Shown here one piece after another: positions 25,576 through 39,809 of a stretch of 64,000 nucleotides of DNA. Location of the stretch: assembly GCF_004010195.1 (NCBI RefSeq), contig NC_057731.1, positions 30,517,314 through 30,581,313 of the forward strand, written 5' to 3'. Source of the stretch: Chiloscyllium plagiosum. Taxonomy: Eukaryota. Within the stretch, counting starts at the first letter, position 1. Every line of letters begins with the position of its first letter. The notes under the pieces were generated by a model. The model saw only the letters and a list, made by a program, of their open reading frames with translations. It made no database searches and was not told where the DNA came from. The position numbers and the translations under genes were made by a program.

Positions 25576-27874
25576 TCTGAAATCTGAAAAGCGAACCACC
25601 ATTTCATGTTGGGACTTTTTTTTTTGCTCCTCTTCGGTTACATTTGTACACAACAGTTTGGCTCGTTTGACTTTCGTTGTTTTAAAGTTGCCTGAAGTGT
25701 ATATTCCGGATTGACAAGACGAGGAAAGGCAAGTGATGAAAACGTTCAAGAAAAGAAAATAGAGTAATGCAGTGTTTCTCTCTACCGCAGCATGTGCATT
25801 CATCGCTCGATCTATCCAATATATTGACCAAAAATGAAGGGAACAGTTACATAGGCATTCACCATACACTTAATACAAGCCATTAATATCTTACTTGCCA
25901 GCTTTCTCTTAAGGAGAAATCAACCAGACCCCGCCAGGCCTCAATTCTGCAAATCGAAAGGTTAGTCCTGTACCCAATGACCTGATGCCAAAGACCCTGA
26001 TTGATTAATCTTTAAAAGGATTTAGAGGGGAAAATACCATTTGGAAAGCAATGAATTTCTGATTCTATTAAAACTGGAGGTGTACAAGCCTGACTTTACA
26101 GAATAAATTCAGCTGTCCAAAAAAGGTGCAGTGTACAGCTGGCTGAGTCTGTGTGTGACTCTGAAGTGTGGCTCATTATTGTGGTACGGAGTAATGCAAA
26201 ACCGTCTACTATAACGCGTACTGTTAATAGAATTAGGCCAATCACTAGAAACTGCTGATTTCCATTCAATATTATGAAGGGAGATTCCAGTTACACATAA
26301 TTCTGGGCAAGGAATCCTCAACATTGTTTTAGTCCAGATATTTCCCAGTTAAATTAGGTGGTCTAGGTGATTTCATACAACACGTTATATATGATTTATT
26401 GCATAAAGCACATCATTTAAAAAGTATAAAATATTTAACTAAAGTTAAATAGAACATTTACTCAATTTAATTATAGAACTACAGTCTCTCTTCAGCTATT
26501 CCCATTTAAATGCTAAGCACAGAAAGCGTGTTATTAATTTCAGAAATTTGCCTGTTCCATATTAAAATCAATAATAAATATTTGTTCGTTGTCTCATGTT
26601 AAGTGTTGGGGGAGAATAGGCTGTAACCGGTTTGGTGTAAAATGCATCGCTGATGTTTCCTCTTTAATCCTGCATCTGTTTATTAAGCCGTGAAATGACA
26701 ATAAAACATTTCACGTGTAGCCCCGATCTTACTGCTTTCTCAAAAATCTTCATTGCAAAAGTAAATAATTATCGATTATTATCGAAATGATAAGCACATT
26801 TCTTACTGCTGGAAAAAGCCTGTGTCAACACCATTCTGACGGTTGTGAAAATTGATATTCTTGCAATATATTTTGCCTCGAATTCTTCAAGGGACAGGGC
26901 GTCAAGAAAGGATACAACCGTGCAACAATCGGTCAACGTGTTTCCTTCAATTACATTTGCCTACATTCCAATCAATTAGTTCACCGCCCGCAGCAAAATG
27001 CCCACGATCCATTGGAAACTTCATCAGTCTCTGTGAACCTGAATTCCACAAATCACTCGACCGATAGACCAAGAAGAAAAGTGATTTCTGTTTTCAGAAT
27101 TTGCGCTGAAAAGGCGAGAAAAGCCCGGAATTCCTTACTACTTCTGAAAAGATATACACAATGCACCGGCACCGGTTGATGGCGCTGCAATTCTCTGCTT
27201 CGGGATGCATCTAATTTACATGATTTTATCTCACGCATGAAATTATTTTGGGGAACTTCAAGAGCCAGTACTGTCACCCTCACTAGTTTAATATGCCACA
27301 TTTCTCTGGAAGGTACACAGTATAATGAAGGGCCGAACGTCCTACTCCTGCTCCTATGTTCTACGCTTCAAATCTGCCTTATGAGGTGTCACGGTTATTG
27401 CCTCCTCGATCGAGCTGTCGTCCAGAATTGTCATTATCTGTTCGTTTATTGCTGCCTTTAATGGTGCTTTTGTTTTGCTGAATGTTGGTGGCGAGGAACT
27501 GGCTGACGGATGGGTCCCAGTCTTAAAAAGGTGAGTAAGATAAGTGAATACGAACAGTGGACGCTGAGACCCTGCTGGGTTCATGATTATCCATTGACAC
27601 TAAATCAATTCGTTCACGCTGTCCACTCAGTGACTCCTTCCAGATGTTTGCCAAGTGAATCCATCAGCGACCATTGTTCAACCAAAAGAAAAATGAAATG
27701 AACACAAAAAAACTGGTGTAAATTTTTGACAACTTTATCCTACAATTTAGTTTTCGCCTCTTATTTCTCTTCCCAAAGGGTATGTTATGAGTATGTCATG
27801 AGGTCACCAGTCTTTCAGCTCCTCGCCCAAAGAGCTAGTGGCTATTTTTCCATGGAGGGGTCCGGAAAAGGAAT

Positions 27875-28100
27875 TTCAGCAGTAACACAGGAAGAGCTCA
27901 GCAGGTTTGGCTGCATCTGGGGAGAAAGAAACACAACATTTCAGGTCCGTGACCTTTCATCAGAAGTTGGAAAAGTTAGTCTTAATCAAGAGGAAGAGTG
28001 AGGGTGGGGAACAAGAACAAAAGGGGAGCATTGCGATAAGGTGGAAATCAGGAAAGGTTACATGTCCAAAAAAAAGGTTCATGGTGCTCAGGCCAAGTGT
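27875..28100 (-). mobile_element. Degenerate PLE 3' end with hammerhead-like motif
   Basis: Reverse complement reads CTGATGA-AAGGTC-acg-GACCT-GAAAtgtt, followed by the cagatgcagccaaacctgctgag tail. Confidence 0.55.
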
Positions 28101-28699
28101 GGAAAGTGAATGTCTATTTCCCCGTGGAGTCACCTCAGTTGACCTAGACCCAAGGAGCACTGAGAGAAAAAAAATCTGTCTGGGAGACCCTGTGGTATCG
28201 GTGAGCATCCAAAACAAGTGAAGGAAAAATGGCAAATTGGTGTCAATGGAAAATGTAGGAAACATTTGAGTCACCACCTATTGCATTGCAGTTTCTTTCA
28301 TTATTAATACAGATGTACTGCAATTTTTAATGTTTGCAAAAGTCTATCTCTTTTTTAATAGAAAGCTAGATCTTTGTACTGTATGAACAGACCATCATAG
28401 AAATAGGAAGGATTTTAAAACATACCAAGATTTACTTGCAGATGCACTAGTCTGAATTAATATTTAATTTTGAAATGAAATTCATTGCTATGTTTTAAAA
28501 GAGACATTATTGTAATTGGGTAAGGACAGCAGAATACTCTTCTAATGAACTGTAGTTTTTTAAACCAACTTTCATTATAACAATTGCCTAAGGACTGTTG
28601 AAGCTGAGTCTGAGTTATATGTGTGAGAGTAGATCACATCTGTGGACTAATTTGAAAAAATGTAAACTTATTTCCTTTAAAATACTGACAATTAGAAAG

Positions 28700-29500
28700 T
28701 ATTTTGAAAAGATGAACAAAAAAAAAGGAATTGCAGAATAATGTCAGTAACAGAAATGAATGGCCAGGAACAAATTCTCAACCTGGAGGAGTAGTACATA
28801 AATGCATGTTGGCACAGCCTCAGAACTGATTTCTGCCTGCTGAGCCCTGTGCTTCTGTACTCAACCATTAATGTTTTGCTAAACACACAGACAGACAGAG
28901 GAACATTAGGCAGTGATATCAGAGACCCCAGTGGACTAGAGCAAAAGATAGAGGAGTCCATATTGATAAGGGGTTGAACAGTGAGCATTTTGCTGCTTCA
29001 ATGGAGAGGGTGGCAGCTGCCTTTGAGACCTAGATCTAGTAGGACAGACAGTGGCTACCATCCATGCACTTGTACTTGCACTCTATCACGGTAACCATGG
29101 GTACACAGTGTCAAAGGTTAGGCAAGAGGAGAATGAGGCGCCATTACCTAATATCAGGTAACCCTTTATCTTATGGAGATAGAGTGGTGCCATTCGGCAT
29201 TCATAATGAGGAAGGATGTGAGTCAAACACTCCATAGGTGCCCTGAGTCACTATTTCCCCTTTGCCAATGACCCAATTACCTACAGCAGATTAGGCCGAA
29301 GAGTGGTCATCTGCACCCAGAAGGAGACTTTGAGCAGGCCAGGCCCTCAGGGCTTTGAGCAGCCAAAGAATGCCTGTCAAGCACATCACAGCCTCTTCAA
29401 TATAGAACTGGGCAGGCTGCCTCCATCTCATTGGGGATGTCAGGCAGCACCTTGGCATACTGATTGGCATTCAATAATGATTTGAGGGTAAATAGGAGGT
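28700..29500. mobile_element. Possible highly degenerate PIF/Harbinger DNA transposon relic
   Basis: + strand ASMERVAAA (~28995) resembles TSMDR*AAA at ~51540 in the clearer Harbinger copy; minus strand has faint DKG(Y) and ..HHSI transposase-like words. Confidence 0.35.
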
Positions 29501-31057
29501 ACAGATATACATTACATGCGTGTGGTCTGCTCTTCTCTAAATATATATAAACTTGCACCATTGTAGTCTCATTACACCACTCGGTGCTGACATGATTGGC
29601 TGAACTGAAAGGAGGGGAGTACTTATGTCAATCTGAAGGTGATGCTGACATTCCATTAGGATAACTTTCATTGTCTAACATCATCAGCAATGTTATGCTT
29701 CAAGTTGTTCTCAAAGTTCAGCTAGATGTAGAGCTATCATTTGAGGATTGCAGTCAAGGCTCACAAGACTGATTTCAGGGACAGTGATCTTGCCTGTCAG
29801 CCAGAACACTAGGACCATGACATGATGGAAACCACATAGAATATCCATGTAAGTGATAGCGAAATGTCACTAGGCTCTACAGGGTTGAGAGGAAAGATGT
29901 TTCTCTCACCCGGAGTCTCCAATACCAGGCCAGACACCCTCAGGATAAGAGATGGATGATGCACTGAAAGTTGAGAACTTTATTTATTTTTAGGCTTGTC
30001 CAACTCATAATAGTGTCTGTACAGCAACTGCAGGATTCTCAGATGGTACAGTCAAAGAACCTAACACTCTTCGGAATTGTAGGGATAGTGAGGGAATAAG
30101 GCAACTAATGATATCAAGCAGGTTGTATGAGAACTGGGGAACATGTTCCGTGTGGCCTAATCTGCCTCTCTTCTTCAGGTTTATTCCCACATTTTGATGC
30201 TTCTAAGTGATCGCTAGTTAGTTAAACCAGCAAAGTTAGACAGTTCTCAATCAATGTTCTATGTCACAAAGTGGAAATAGTTTCCATCCTGTAAACTGTT
30301 TTCCAAAACAATATAGATGAAAATGTGTAAAGGTGCCTCAATTATCCTGGAATAGGTCATGTAGAAGGTTGTCATGGGCCTGCCTCCTCATTAGCCCTTC
30401 TTTCTTCCTGTCTGTGAGTGACCTCCTGATACATAACAGGATCATTCCATTCCCCTTCCTCAGTAGAAGAAATCTCTCTCCCCTACATTTTTTTCCTCTC
30501 CCATGACATCGACCTTTGTTAAATGATGTTGTGGAGGGCGTAGCATGCCATGATAATGCTGGAAATGATACAGGTCACTATCTGGTGTATATTACAATGC
30601 ATTGCCTGATTCGTCCCGGCCTCCAATCTCATTTTCAGCCCTCCTATAGTCTGTTTAATAATGGTCCTTTTGGAGTCCTGTACATAGTGGTACCTCTCTT
30701 TGAAATCAGTCTGAGGATTCCTGACAATTGTTATCAGATAGGTCTTGAAAGCATAGTCCTTGTCTTTCAGAAGCCAACCTGTCTCTGACTAGAGACATTA
30801 ATAGTGTTAGCCTCTTGTTCATGGTCCAGAATGTAAAAGCTCCCTGGATATTGTGTGTACACCTTTCGCATTTCACTGGAATGCAACAGTCATCCATTGT
30901 CAGCATCAAATGTTTTGCATTTAGATATCACACGACTAGCTTTTTTTTTGTTTATTCATGGAATGTGGCCATCGCTGGCAAACACAGCATTCATTGCCCA
31001 TCCATAACTGTCCTTGAAAAATGTGCTGTAAGCCACCTTCTTGAATAGGTGTGAGGG

Positions 31058-31395
31058 CTGGCATGTAGGCACAATGGTTAGCCCTGCTGCCTCACAGCAT
31101 CAGGCCCGGGTTTGATTCCAGCCTCAGTCAACTGTCTGTGTGGAGTTTGCACATTTTCCTCATGTCCGTGTGAATTTCCTCCGGGTGTTCTGGTTTTGGC
31201 CAATAGTCCAAAGATGTGCAGGTTAGGTGAATTGGCTATGCTAAATTGCCCATTGTGTTCAGTGATGTGTAGGTTAGGTGCATTAGTCAGGGATAAATAT
31301 AGGGTAGAGGAAATAGATCAGGGTGGTTTACTCTTTGGAAGGTTGGTGTGGACTTGATGGACCGAAGGGCCTGTTTCCACACTGTAGGGATTCTA
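31058..31395 (+). mobile_element. HE1-like tRNA-derived SINE, inside an older LINE-like fragment
   Basis: tRNA-like head (tggttagc..ctgcctcacagc..gggtttgattcc), body tgtgtggagtttgcacatt, CR1-like tail gaagggcctgtttccacactgta; flanks resemble 46130-46330. Confidence 0.8.
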
Positions 31396-31789
31396 TAAAT
31401 CTTACAGTGTTTCAGTGCAGGTGCTCCCACAGTGCTGTTAGGAAGGGAGATCCAGTATTTTGACCCTGCATTGATGAAAAGAATGACAATAAAGTTCCAA
31501 GTCAGAATGTTCTGTGTCTTGGAAGGGAGCTTGCACATCATTATGTAGCTTTGCCTTAGTCTCAGCATTAAAGCACATCCTTAACATTGCGGTATGAACT
31601 ATTCCTCTTCCTACCTTAACCTTATGGCCTTCAGAGGTGAGAGTAAATTTAATGTTGTTCAATACAGAATTGTAGACAATTTGTCTTGTTGGTTTACACC
31701 CGTTAGGAACTTGATTAAAGAAAGGCAAAAGTCATTCATATGGAAATTTTATACCTTATAGAAAATGGAGGCTTTCATTCCAACAACAA

Positions 31790-33560
31790 TGACAAGTTGT
31801 ATTTATATAGTACTGCTAACATATTAAGACATCTTAAGTGGCTTCACAGGACCATTATAATACAAAAATTGATGGACATTCATAAGGAAATATTTTGGCG
31901 TATGATCCAAAGCCTGATAAAGAGATAGTTTTTAAAGAGTTTCATAACGGATGCAAGACAGGTAAAGAAATATAGAGATTTAAGAAGAGAATTATTAATC
32001 TCTTGGCAGCTGAAGACATGGTCGCCAATGGTGGATCTATTTAAATCAGATGCCGAACAGACCAGAATTAGAGGACATAGGTGTGAAGGGTTGTGGGGCT
32101 GAGGGAAATTGGAGAGGCGGGAAGGGCAAGGTCAAAGAGGGATTTGAAAATGGAGAAAATGATAAGAGTTTTAAACCTGAATTATTGGTTAGCTGGAAGC
32201 AAATGTAATGAGTGAATACAAGAGTGATAGGTGAACAGGATTTTGTATGACATAGAATGAGGGCTGCAGAGTTTTGAATTACGAGGAGAAAGTGAGGTCT
32301 GCAGATGCTGGAGATCAAAGTTGAAACTTTATTGCTGGAACAGCACAGCAGGTCAGGCAGCATCCAGGGAACAGGAGATTCGACGTTTCGGGCACAGGCC
32401 CTTCTTCAGGAATGAGCAGAGAGTGTTCAGCAGGAGAAGGTGGAAAATGAAGTGTTGTTCTTTGAACTTGCGTTAAGGAACACTGCAACAGATCTGGGAC
32501 AGAAATGTTGGTGTAGGAACACAGTGGTGTGTTGAAGTGGAGGCAGTGGGAAACTCTGGGTCATGTTTTACAGACAGAGTGTAGGTGTTCAGCAAAGCGG
32601 TCATCAAATCTGTGTTTCATCTCCCCCGATATACAGGAGACCACATTCTGAGCAGTGAATGAAATAAATGAGTTGAGAGAAGTGCAGGTAAGCTGCTGCT
32701 TCACCTGGAAGGTGTGCCTGAGGCCTTGGATACTGAGGTTGGAGGAAGTAAATCGGCAAGTAAGTCACCTTGTGCAAGACCAACCCCTTCCCACAAACGT
32801 CACTTCAATATATTACCACCTTTCCTGAGCTGTTAACAGTTCTGATGAAGAATCGCCAGACTCGAAATATTATCTTGCTTTCAAAGAACACAGAACATTA
32901 CAGCACAGTCCAGGCTCTCTGACCCTCAATGTTGTGCTGACCTGTGAAACCAGCCTGAAGCTGAACTAACCTGCATTGTTGCATTATCATCCATATGTTT
33001 ATCCAATGGCCATTTAAAAAGACATTAAAGTCGGTGAGTCTACTACAGTTGCAGGCAGGGAGTTTCACGCCATTACTACTCTCTGAGTAAAGAAACTACC
33101 CCTCTGACATCTGTCCTATATCTATCACCGCTCAGCGGTCCTTGAAGAAGGAGGCCATCTGTGTTGTACGTATTTTGAACTGGTCCTCCTGGGAGCAGAT
33201 GCGGCGGAGACGAAGGAATTGGGAGAATGGGATGGCGTTTTTGCAGGGGGCAGGATGGGAGGAGGTGTAGTCCAGGTAGCTGTGGGTGTGCCTCAAGTTT
33301 ACCAAAGTATAGCAAATGAGGCACTGCCTTAGTATGTAGATAACAAACGCATAATGAGGATTTCAGCAGTGCATGGAACTGAGTTGGCATGGAGTTGTGT
33401 GATTCTACAAAGGTGAAAATAGGCAGTCTTGTGATGGTACCTAGAAGCTCATTTTGGGGTCAAAAATGAGGTCAAGGTTTCAAACAATTTGTTTGGTCTC
33501 AGACATCTGCTGGGGAGAGTCAATGGCTGAGAACTGAAGTTTGGGGTGGCAATCAAAATC
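31790..33560 (-). mobile_element. L2-type LINE fragment (31790-32280 and ~33290-33560) split by a PLE/CR1 insertion cluster
   Basis: QNSAALILCHTKSCSPITLVF resembles the L2 ORF2 C-terminal QNSAAR..TR...PITPVL motif; inserts are a PLE end at 32283-32440, a CR1 tail at ~32885-33135 and a PLE RT piece at 33139-33285. Confidence 0.6.
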
Positions 33561-35409
33561 AATGGGTAAAAAGGCAAGCATAGTTGGGATACACACAGAC
33601 ATCCATAAAAACATACTTTATATTGAAGAAGTGATTGGAGCTGAAATTGTTCAAAGTGAAAACAAGTTCAGTCGGGATTGTGAATGGAGACTGTTGGCCT
33701 CTGTTCAAGGAAGAAGCAGGAAGTTCTCACACTGAAACAAACACAGAAAATTCTGCAGGAACTTGAAGAAGTATATTAGACTCTTGTTTCTTTCTGCACT
33801 TGTGCTGCCAGACCTGCTGAGTTCCTCCATTACTTCCTGTGTTTTCTCAGATTTCCAGCACGCACTATGTTTTGCTTTTATTTAATTTCTCAGACTGTCG
33901 GTGGGGGTAATGGTGAAGAGGTATTGAACTCCATTTTTGTCATTCGGACCCTTCCACAGGCTCAAAAACTCACGCCATTTCTAACTCTTCCCAGTTCTGA
34001 TGAAAGGTAATAGACTTGAAAGATGAATTATGTTTTTTTCAGTACAGATGCTGCCTTATTGACAGAGTACTTTCAGCATTTTGTGTCTTTGGTTCAGATT
34101 CCTAACATTTACAGTACTTTGCTTTTTGTGTTTTTGTATTGACTCTATGTTGGTACATTGCTGCGTCTTAAAAATAATTCATATTGGTGAAATATTTACG
34201 AAATAAAGTCTGTTAGCCTCAGAAAACTGCAGAATGATTGCATGGCATCCTGATTCATCAGTTACAAGTAGAACCTTACAATAGTGCATTGACATTAATA
34301 GTAACTGCATATGGATGAGAAATAGAGTAAGTCACAATAACTAAAAGGCTCACTATGGAGTCCATTTCCAGTTCATTTCTCACAGTCTATCATTATAAGA
34401 ATGAAGAATTTCTTGCATCTAACTGTACGAAGGAATTCACTAAAAATAACTCAAACCACATCATTGCCGACAATGAGAAGAAAATCAAGATTTCCACTGT
34501 TTTTCTAATGACAGTCTGCAAAGGAAAGAAAATCCAACAGACTGGTTTATATTTGTGATAAATTCTTTGGCCATGGGTTAGTTAACTTGTCCTACTCAAC
34601 ATTGAAATTACTGTAGATTTAGATCATGAAATTAGGCTCCTTAGCACCCTTTCTTGATTCTAGAAGTGCTGCTTTGACTGTATGAAGGAGTCTGTCGTGC
34701 AGTGCACATTCCTAGTGCTCATTTTGAGAAAGGCGTTGGCATTCATACCAGATGCCTCCCATATGTATACAGACAGTGGCTATCAATCAGTCTGTAAGGG
34801 TGATTTGAGACCAGTGCTGTCATGCTGGAGCTCAACACTCATTCATATTTTCCAATCAACCTGCTCATAGATATTTATTGCATGCTTCTGAACCCAGGCC
34901 TTCTGGTCCAGAGATAGGGATATTCCCATTGCACTAGAGCAGACCCTATTAAACTCTAGCTAACTCCCTCACTGAACCTTGAGCTTTCAGCAGCAAGGAC
35001 TAACCCACCAGTATGATCGCAAGGGATCATTAAATAATTTCAGATTAATTGCTGATTGATTACTTTTGGATCTTGTTATGACTGTAGTTGTTTTGATGGT
35101 TTCTAGAGTGACCTAAATGTGGTGACATTTACAGGAATTGGTGTGAAAGGCATTGAATGCAACACTCTGTACAACCTGTTCCCAGGTTTGGACTCCATAG
35201 TGTGGGCTATAACATGACAGGGATATTGAGCAAAGGAGACAAAGCAGTGAAAGCTCCTGGATAAAACAGGTAAGATGAAAAGAAAAAGTACTTTCAGCAA
35301 TATCTTATATCCATTCAGCATGTTTAAGGAGTTTACCTACCTCACCTTCAGAGAGGAGCAGCATGCTGGATGTCTCCACTTCACCAAGGACATGCTGATT
35401 GAAATCTGC

Positions 35410-36140
35410 CATCACCTACCACCCCACCAATCTCCATGTACAGCGCATCATCTGCCGTCACTTCCGCCACCTCCAAACGGACCCCACCACCAAGGATATA
35501 TTTCCCTCCCCTCCTCTATCAGCTTTCCGTAGAGACCACTCCCTCCGCGACTCCCTTGTCAGACCCANNNNNNNNNNNNNNNNNNNNNNNNNNNNNNNNN
35601 NNNNNNNNNNNNNNNNNNNNNNNNNNNNNNNNNNNNNNNNNNNNNNNNNNNNNNNNNNNNNNNNNNNNNNNNNNNNNNNNNNNNNNNNNNNNNNNNNNNN
35701 NNNNNNNNNNNNNNNNNNNNNNNNNNNNNNNNNNNNNNNNNNNNNNNNNNNNNNNNNNNNNNNNNNNNNNNNCCGGGGGTGAACTTGGACTTCACCAGTT
35801 TCTTCATCCCCCCTCCCCTTGTCTCAGCCGAATCCCTCCAGCCCGGCTCCGCCTTCCTGACCTGCAGTCTTCTTCTTGCCCTCTCCGCCTCCACCCTACT
35901 CCGACCTATCACCCTCACCTTGACCTCTTTCCACCTATCACATTTCCAACGCCCCTCCTCCAAGTCCCTCCTCCCTACCTTTTATCTTCTCCTGCTGAAC
36001 ACTCTCTGCTCATTCCTGAAGAAGGGCCTGTGCCCGAAACGTCGAATCTTCTGTTCCCTAGATGCTGCCTGACCTGCTGTGCTGTTCCAGCAATAAAGTT
36101 TCAGCTTTGATCTCCAGCGTCTGCAGACCTCACTTTCTCC
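35410..36140 (+). mobile_element. Penelope-like element (gap-interrupted)
   Basis: TYHPTNLHVQRIICRHFRHLQTDPTTKDIFPSPPLSAFRRDHSLRDSLVR is a typical PLE RT-to-GIY-YIG linker; hammerhead-bearing 3' end at 36012-36047. Confidence 0.8.
35568..35772. other. Assembly gap (N run)
   Basis: Ns in sequence. Confidence 0.99.
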
Positions 36141-37984
36141 TCAATATAAGCCAAGGGAGACATTCCCTGCAACTGTAAAGGTGACCATGTTAATGGGTGG
36201 GACTCAATGTGAATGACGTGTAGTTGGGGAACTGCGTTGCTTTTCACTTGGAGGCCTGAAGCAATTACAATCCAATCAATACTTAGCTGCATAGGGGCCT
36301 ATGTAATTAAGCTCATCGTATGGCAGAAATCCATATCTGGAGAGTTTCTGACCACCAAATGCCAGCAGCTCTCCAGTGCGGGCAGCATCACCAGGAGCAT
36401 TAACCAATGCTAGTATTACAGTGGGGTCTTTACCAGGGATCGTCAATGGATTGCTGGAGAGATATGAGTGTGGGTCAGATTGGGATTGTGGGGAGGTTTT
36501 TGTTCGCAAGAGGGAGGAGGTTTTTGGAAGCCATAGCAGGAAGGGGACCTTTTGTTAAAAATACCAGGACCTTTAATTGGGGACAGAGCACCCATGAATG
36601 AGGGACCCACTAATATATTACAGACAATCCAACAGGATGAGGTTCATAAAATTGCTGTTAAATGGCCAATTAATAATTTGTTTGAGATTCCGACAGGAGA
36701 GGAGTTCACAAGCATTTTTGCTCTGGATTTGATTTGAATGAGTCTGGATGGCAGCAAGACCACCAATTGAAACCTCCCCTCTGATCACCTGGTTCCCTGC
36801 CCCCAAATACATTGCATTCTGCACCATGAGTTTTTATGTATCTTGTAGGTGATATTTGCAACATCTTCCAGATTGCCATTTGTGATAGGATAAGAGATCA
36901 TTGAGGCCCTGTATTACTAGCAAGCTGGATACATGTCCTACACTTGAGCACCTGTAAGAACTGATAGCCTGTTCATATGAGACACCTCAGGACAATCAGA
37001 AATTTAAATCCCCATACTGAGCCATGAATCCACAAATTGAATTTTGTCAATCCCTTATATATTCCATGGTTGAATGACCATCTATTTTCTGGAATCTATC
37101 AAAGTGTGACCATTCCTCAAAGGCATTCAGCAAATCATATTTTTTGAAGACTTCATCCAAGAGCAATATTACAGCAATGTTAGGAAGTCCAAACCTTCAT
37201 CATATCCAACTGACAGGCATCCAACTCGTAAAATATTTTATTTTCTGATGCCAAGCCCGTACACTATTTACATTTGCTGTCCCCATCATCCCACAAGGAC
37301 CACTGTAATTGCAGTTTTTGTTAATTTCCAACTTTCGCATTTGGACAACTATCCTCTACTACCAGAGTATATTCCAAAAGTCAATTGGCGAAGGACAAAA
37401 CTGGAGTGAATGATTGACTAATTTTATGAGCACTTACAGAGTTACACATTACAAACCTCAACAACCACAATTTCAATCTATTTATAGGAGGACAGTTCGG
37501 CATGATAAGAGAGAATACAAATAGATTTAGGAAAGGAGCAAACAAAATACAAGTAGGAAGCTAAAGCAGAATGCTGAAACTTAATTATCAAGGAATGTGA
37601 AACAAAATAGTAAGATGTTTTACAGATACATCAATTAAAAAAAACACTCTCATGTGACTAAGACAGCTCGGGTATAGACGTCATAATACACAGGTAATGA
37701 TCAAGAGATAGAAGAAATACAAAATAATTGTACGTCCCAGGGTGATAGAACAGATTGACTTGAATTTGAATAATGAGATGAGTAATAAAATAAAAACATT
37801 TGAAATTTTAAAAATGATGTATTGCATAAACTGAACAAATTAAAATAAGATCAACCTTCTCATCTGAGTATTTTTAAAAAGGAATTTAGCAACAAGATAG
37901 CAGAGGCATTATGAATTACAATTCATAATTTGTTTGTAAAAGAAGTAGTACCAGTGGACAACTGAATAGTTACTGTATTTCTAC

Positions 37985-39340
37985 AGAATCACAGAATCCC
38001 AACAGCATGGAAGCAGGCCATTCAGCCCATCAAGTCCACACTGACCCTTCAAAGAGCATCCTATCCAGACCTACCCACTGTACTATCCCTGCAACCTTGC
38101 ATTTTCCATGGCTAATCCATCCAACCCACACATTCACCCTGGAGCTCAGTGACCAGCGGTGTTCCGCAGGAATCTGTTCTGTGACCTCTGCTCTTTGTGA
38201 GTTTTATAAATGATTTGGATGAGGAAGTGGAAGAGTGGGTTAGTAAGTTTGCTGATGACACAATGGTAGGTAGACCTGTGGATAGTGTGGAGGGCTGTTG
38301 TAGTTTGCAACGGGACTTTGAAAGGATGCAGAGCTGGGCTGAAAAATGGCAGATGGATCTCTACCTGGAAAAGGGTGAAGTGATTCATTTTGAAATGTCA
38401 CATTAGAATGCAGATTACAGTGTAAAAAACAGGATTCTTGGCAGTGTGGAGGAACAGAGGGATCTTAGGGTCCACATCCATAGATCCCCCAAAGTTTCCA
38501 CCCAAGTTGATAGGGTTATTAAGAAGGCATATGGTGTGTTGGCTTTCATTAGCGGGGGATTGAGTTTAAGAATGGCGAGGTCATGCTGCAGCTCTATAGA
38601 GCCCTGGTTAGACCACATGTGGAATATTGTGTTCAGTTCTGGTTGCCTCATTATTGCAAGGATGTGGAAGCATTAGACAGGATGCAGAGGAGATTTACCA
38701 GAATGCTGCCCAGGCTGGAGGGCATGTCTTATGAAGAAAGGATGAGGGAGTTAGGGCTTTTCTCATTGGAGTGAAGAAGGATGAGACGTGACTTGATAGT
38801 TGATGAGAGGCATAGGTAGAGTGGATAGCCAGAGACGTTTTCCCAGGGTGGAAATGTATATCATGAAGGGGCATAACATTAAGATGATTGGAGGAAGGTT
38901 TTGGGGAGATGTCAGAGATACGTTCTTTACACAGAATGTGATGGGTGTGTGGAATGCACTGCCAGCTATGGTAGTAGATTCAGATACATTAGGGACATTT
39001 GAATGATTGTTGGATAGGCACATGGCTGATAGTAAAATGAAGGGCATGTAGGTTAGTTTGAACTTAGAGTAAGATAAAAGGTCGGCACAACATTGAAGGC
39101 TGAAGGGCCTGTACTGTTCTATGTTCTATCCCTGGATACTATGGGTAATTCAGCATGGCCAATCCACCTAACCTGCACATCTTTGGATTGTGGGAGGAAA
39201 CCTATGCAGACACAGGGAAGGTGCAAACATTGCATGGAGTGTGGAGTGTGCAAACTCCACACCAACAGCTGCCAAGGGTTGAATTGAAGTTGAGTCGCTG
39301 GCACTCTGAGGCAGCAGTGCTAACCACTGAGCCACCAAGA
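37985..39340 (-). mobile_element. HE1-like SINE split in two (37985-38136 and 39130-39340)
   Basis: Halves match the intact SINE at 57100-57450 and rejoin at cacat^ccctg. Confidence 0.7.
38144..39129 (+). mobile_element. CR1 LINE 3' fragment with candidate 7-bp TSD CCCTGGA
   Basis: FINDLDEEVEEWVSKFADDT, LYRALVRPHVEYCVQFW..MQRRFTRMLP; (gttctat)n tail; CCCTGGA at 38137-38143 and 39130-39136. Confidence 0.88.
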
Positions 39341-39809
39341 AGGGGGGACAGAAATAAAAATAGAAAATGCTGCTTATAGTTGGCTGGTTTGACAGCATCT
39401 GTGGAGAGAGCCACAGAGCTAAAATCTCAAGTCCATATGATTATTCTTTGGAACAGAAAGGGACTGATGGGTCATTGGCTGTAGAAATAGGGGATTAGAA
39501 CATGTTCTGGAAGCTTTATGCCTACCAACTTAAAGCTAGTGGCAGGAATAAATAATGGAATTCTTACCAATGAAGACAAGGGACGAACATCTTAAAATGA
39601 GAAATATAAAGAACTATCAGTATAGGTTTCAAAGGGAAAATGTTGCTTGGTAAGCTACATTTGACTTTTTGAGGGGTTAACAGAGAGTGCAGAAAATGGA
39701 ATGGTTATGCAGTAGATGTCACACATCTGGGTTTCCAGAATGTCTTCAATATGGCACTCCTTAATAGATTAATGAAGAAGATCAGGCGATGTAGAGTCAG
39801 GGGAATATA

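Noticed and set aside
35399-36110. Long ORFs containing X runs (also 60502-61139)
   Set aside because: Length inflated by N gaps; the real parts are PLE fragments
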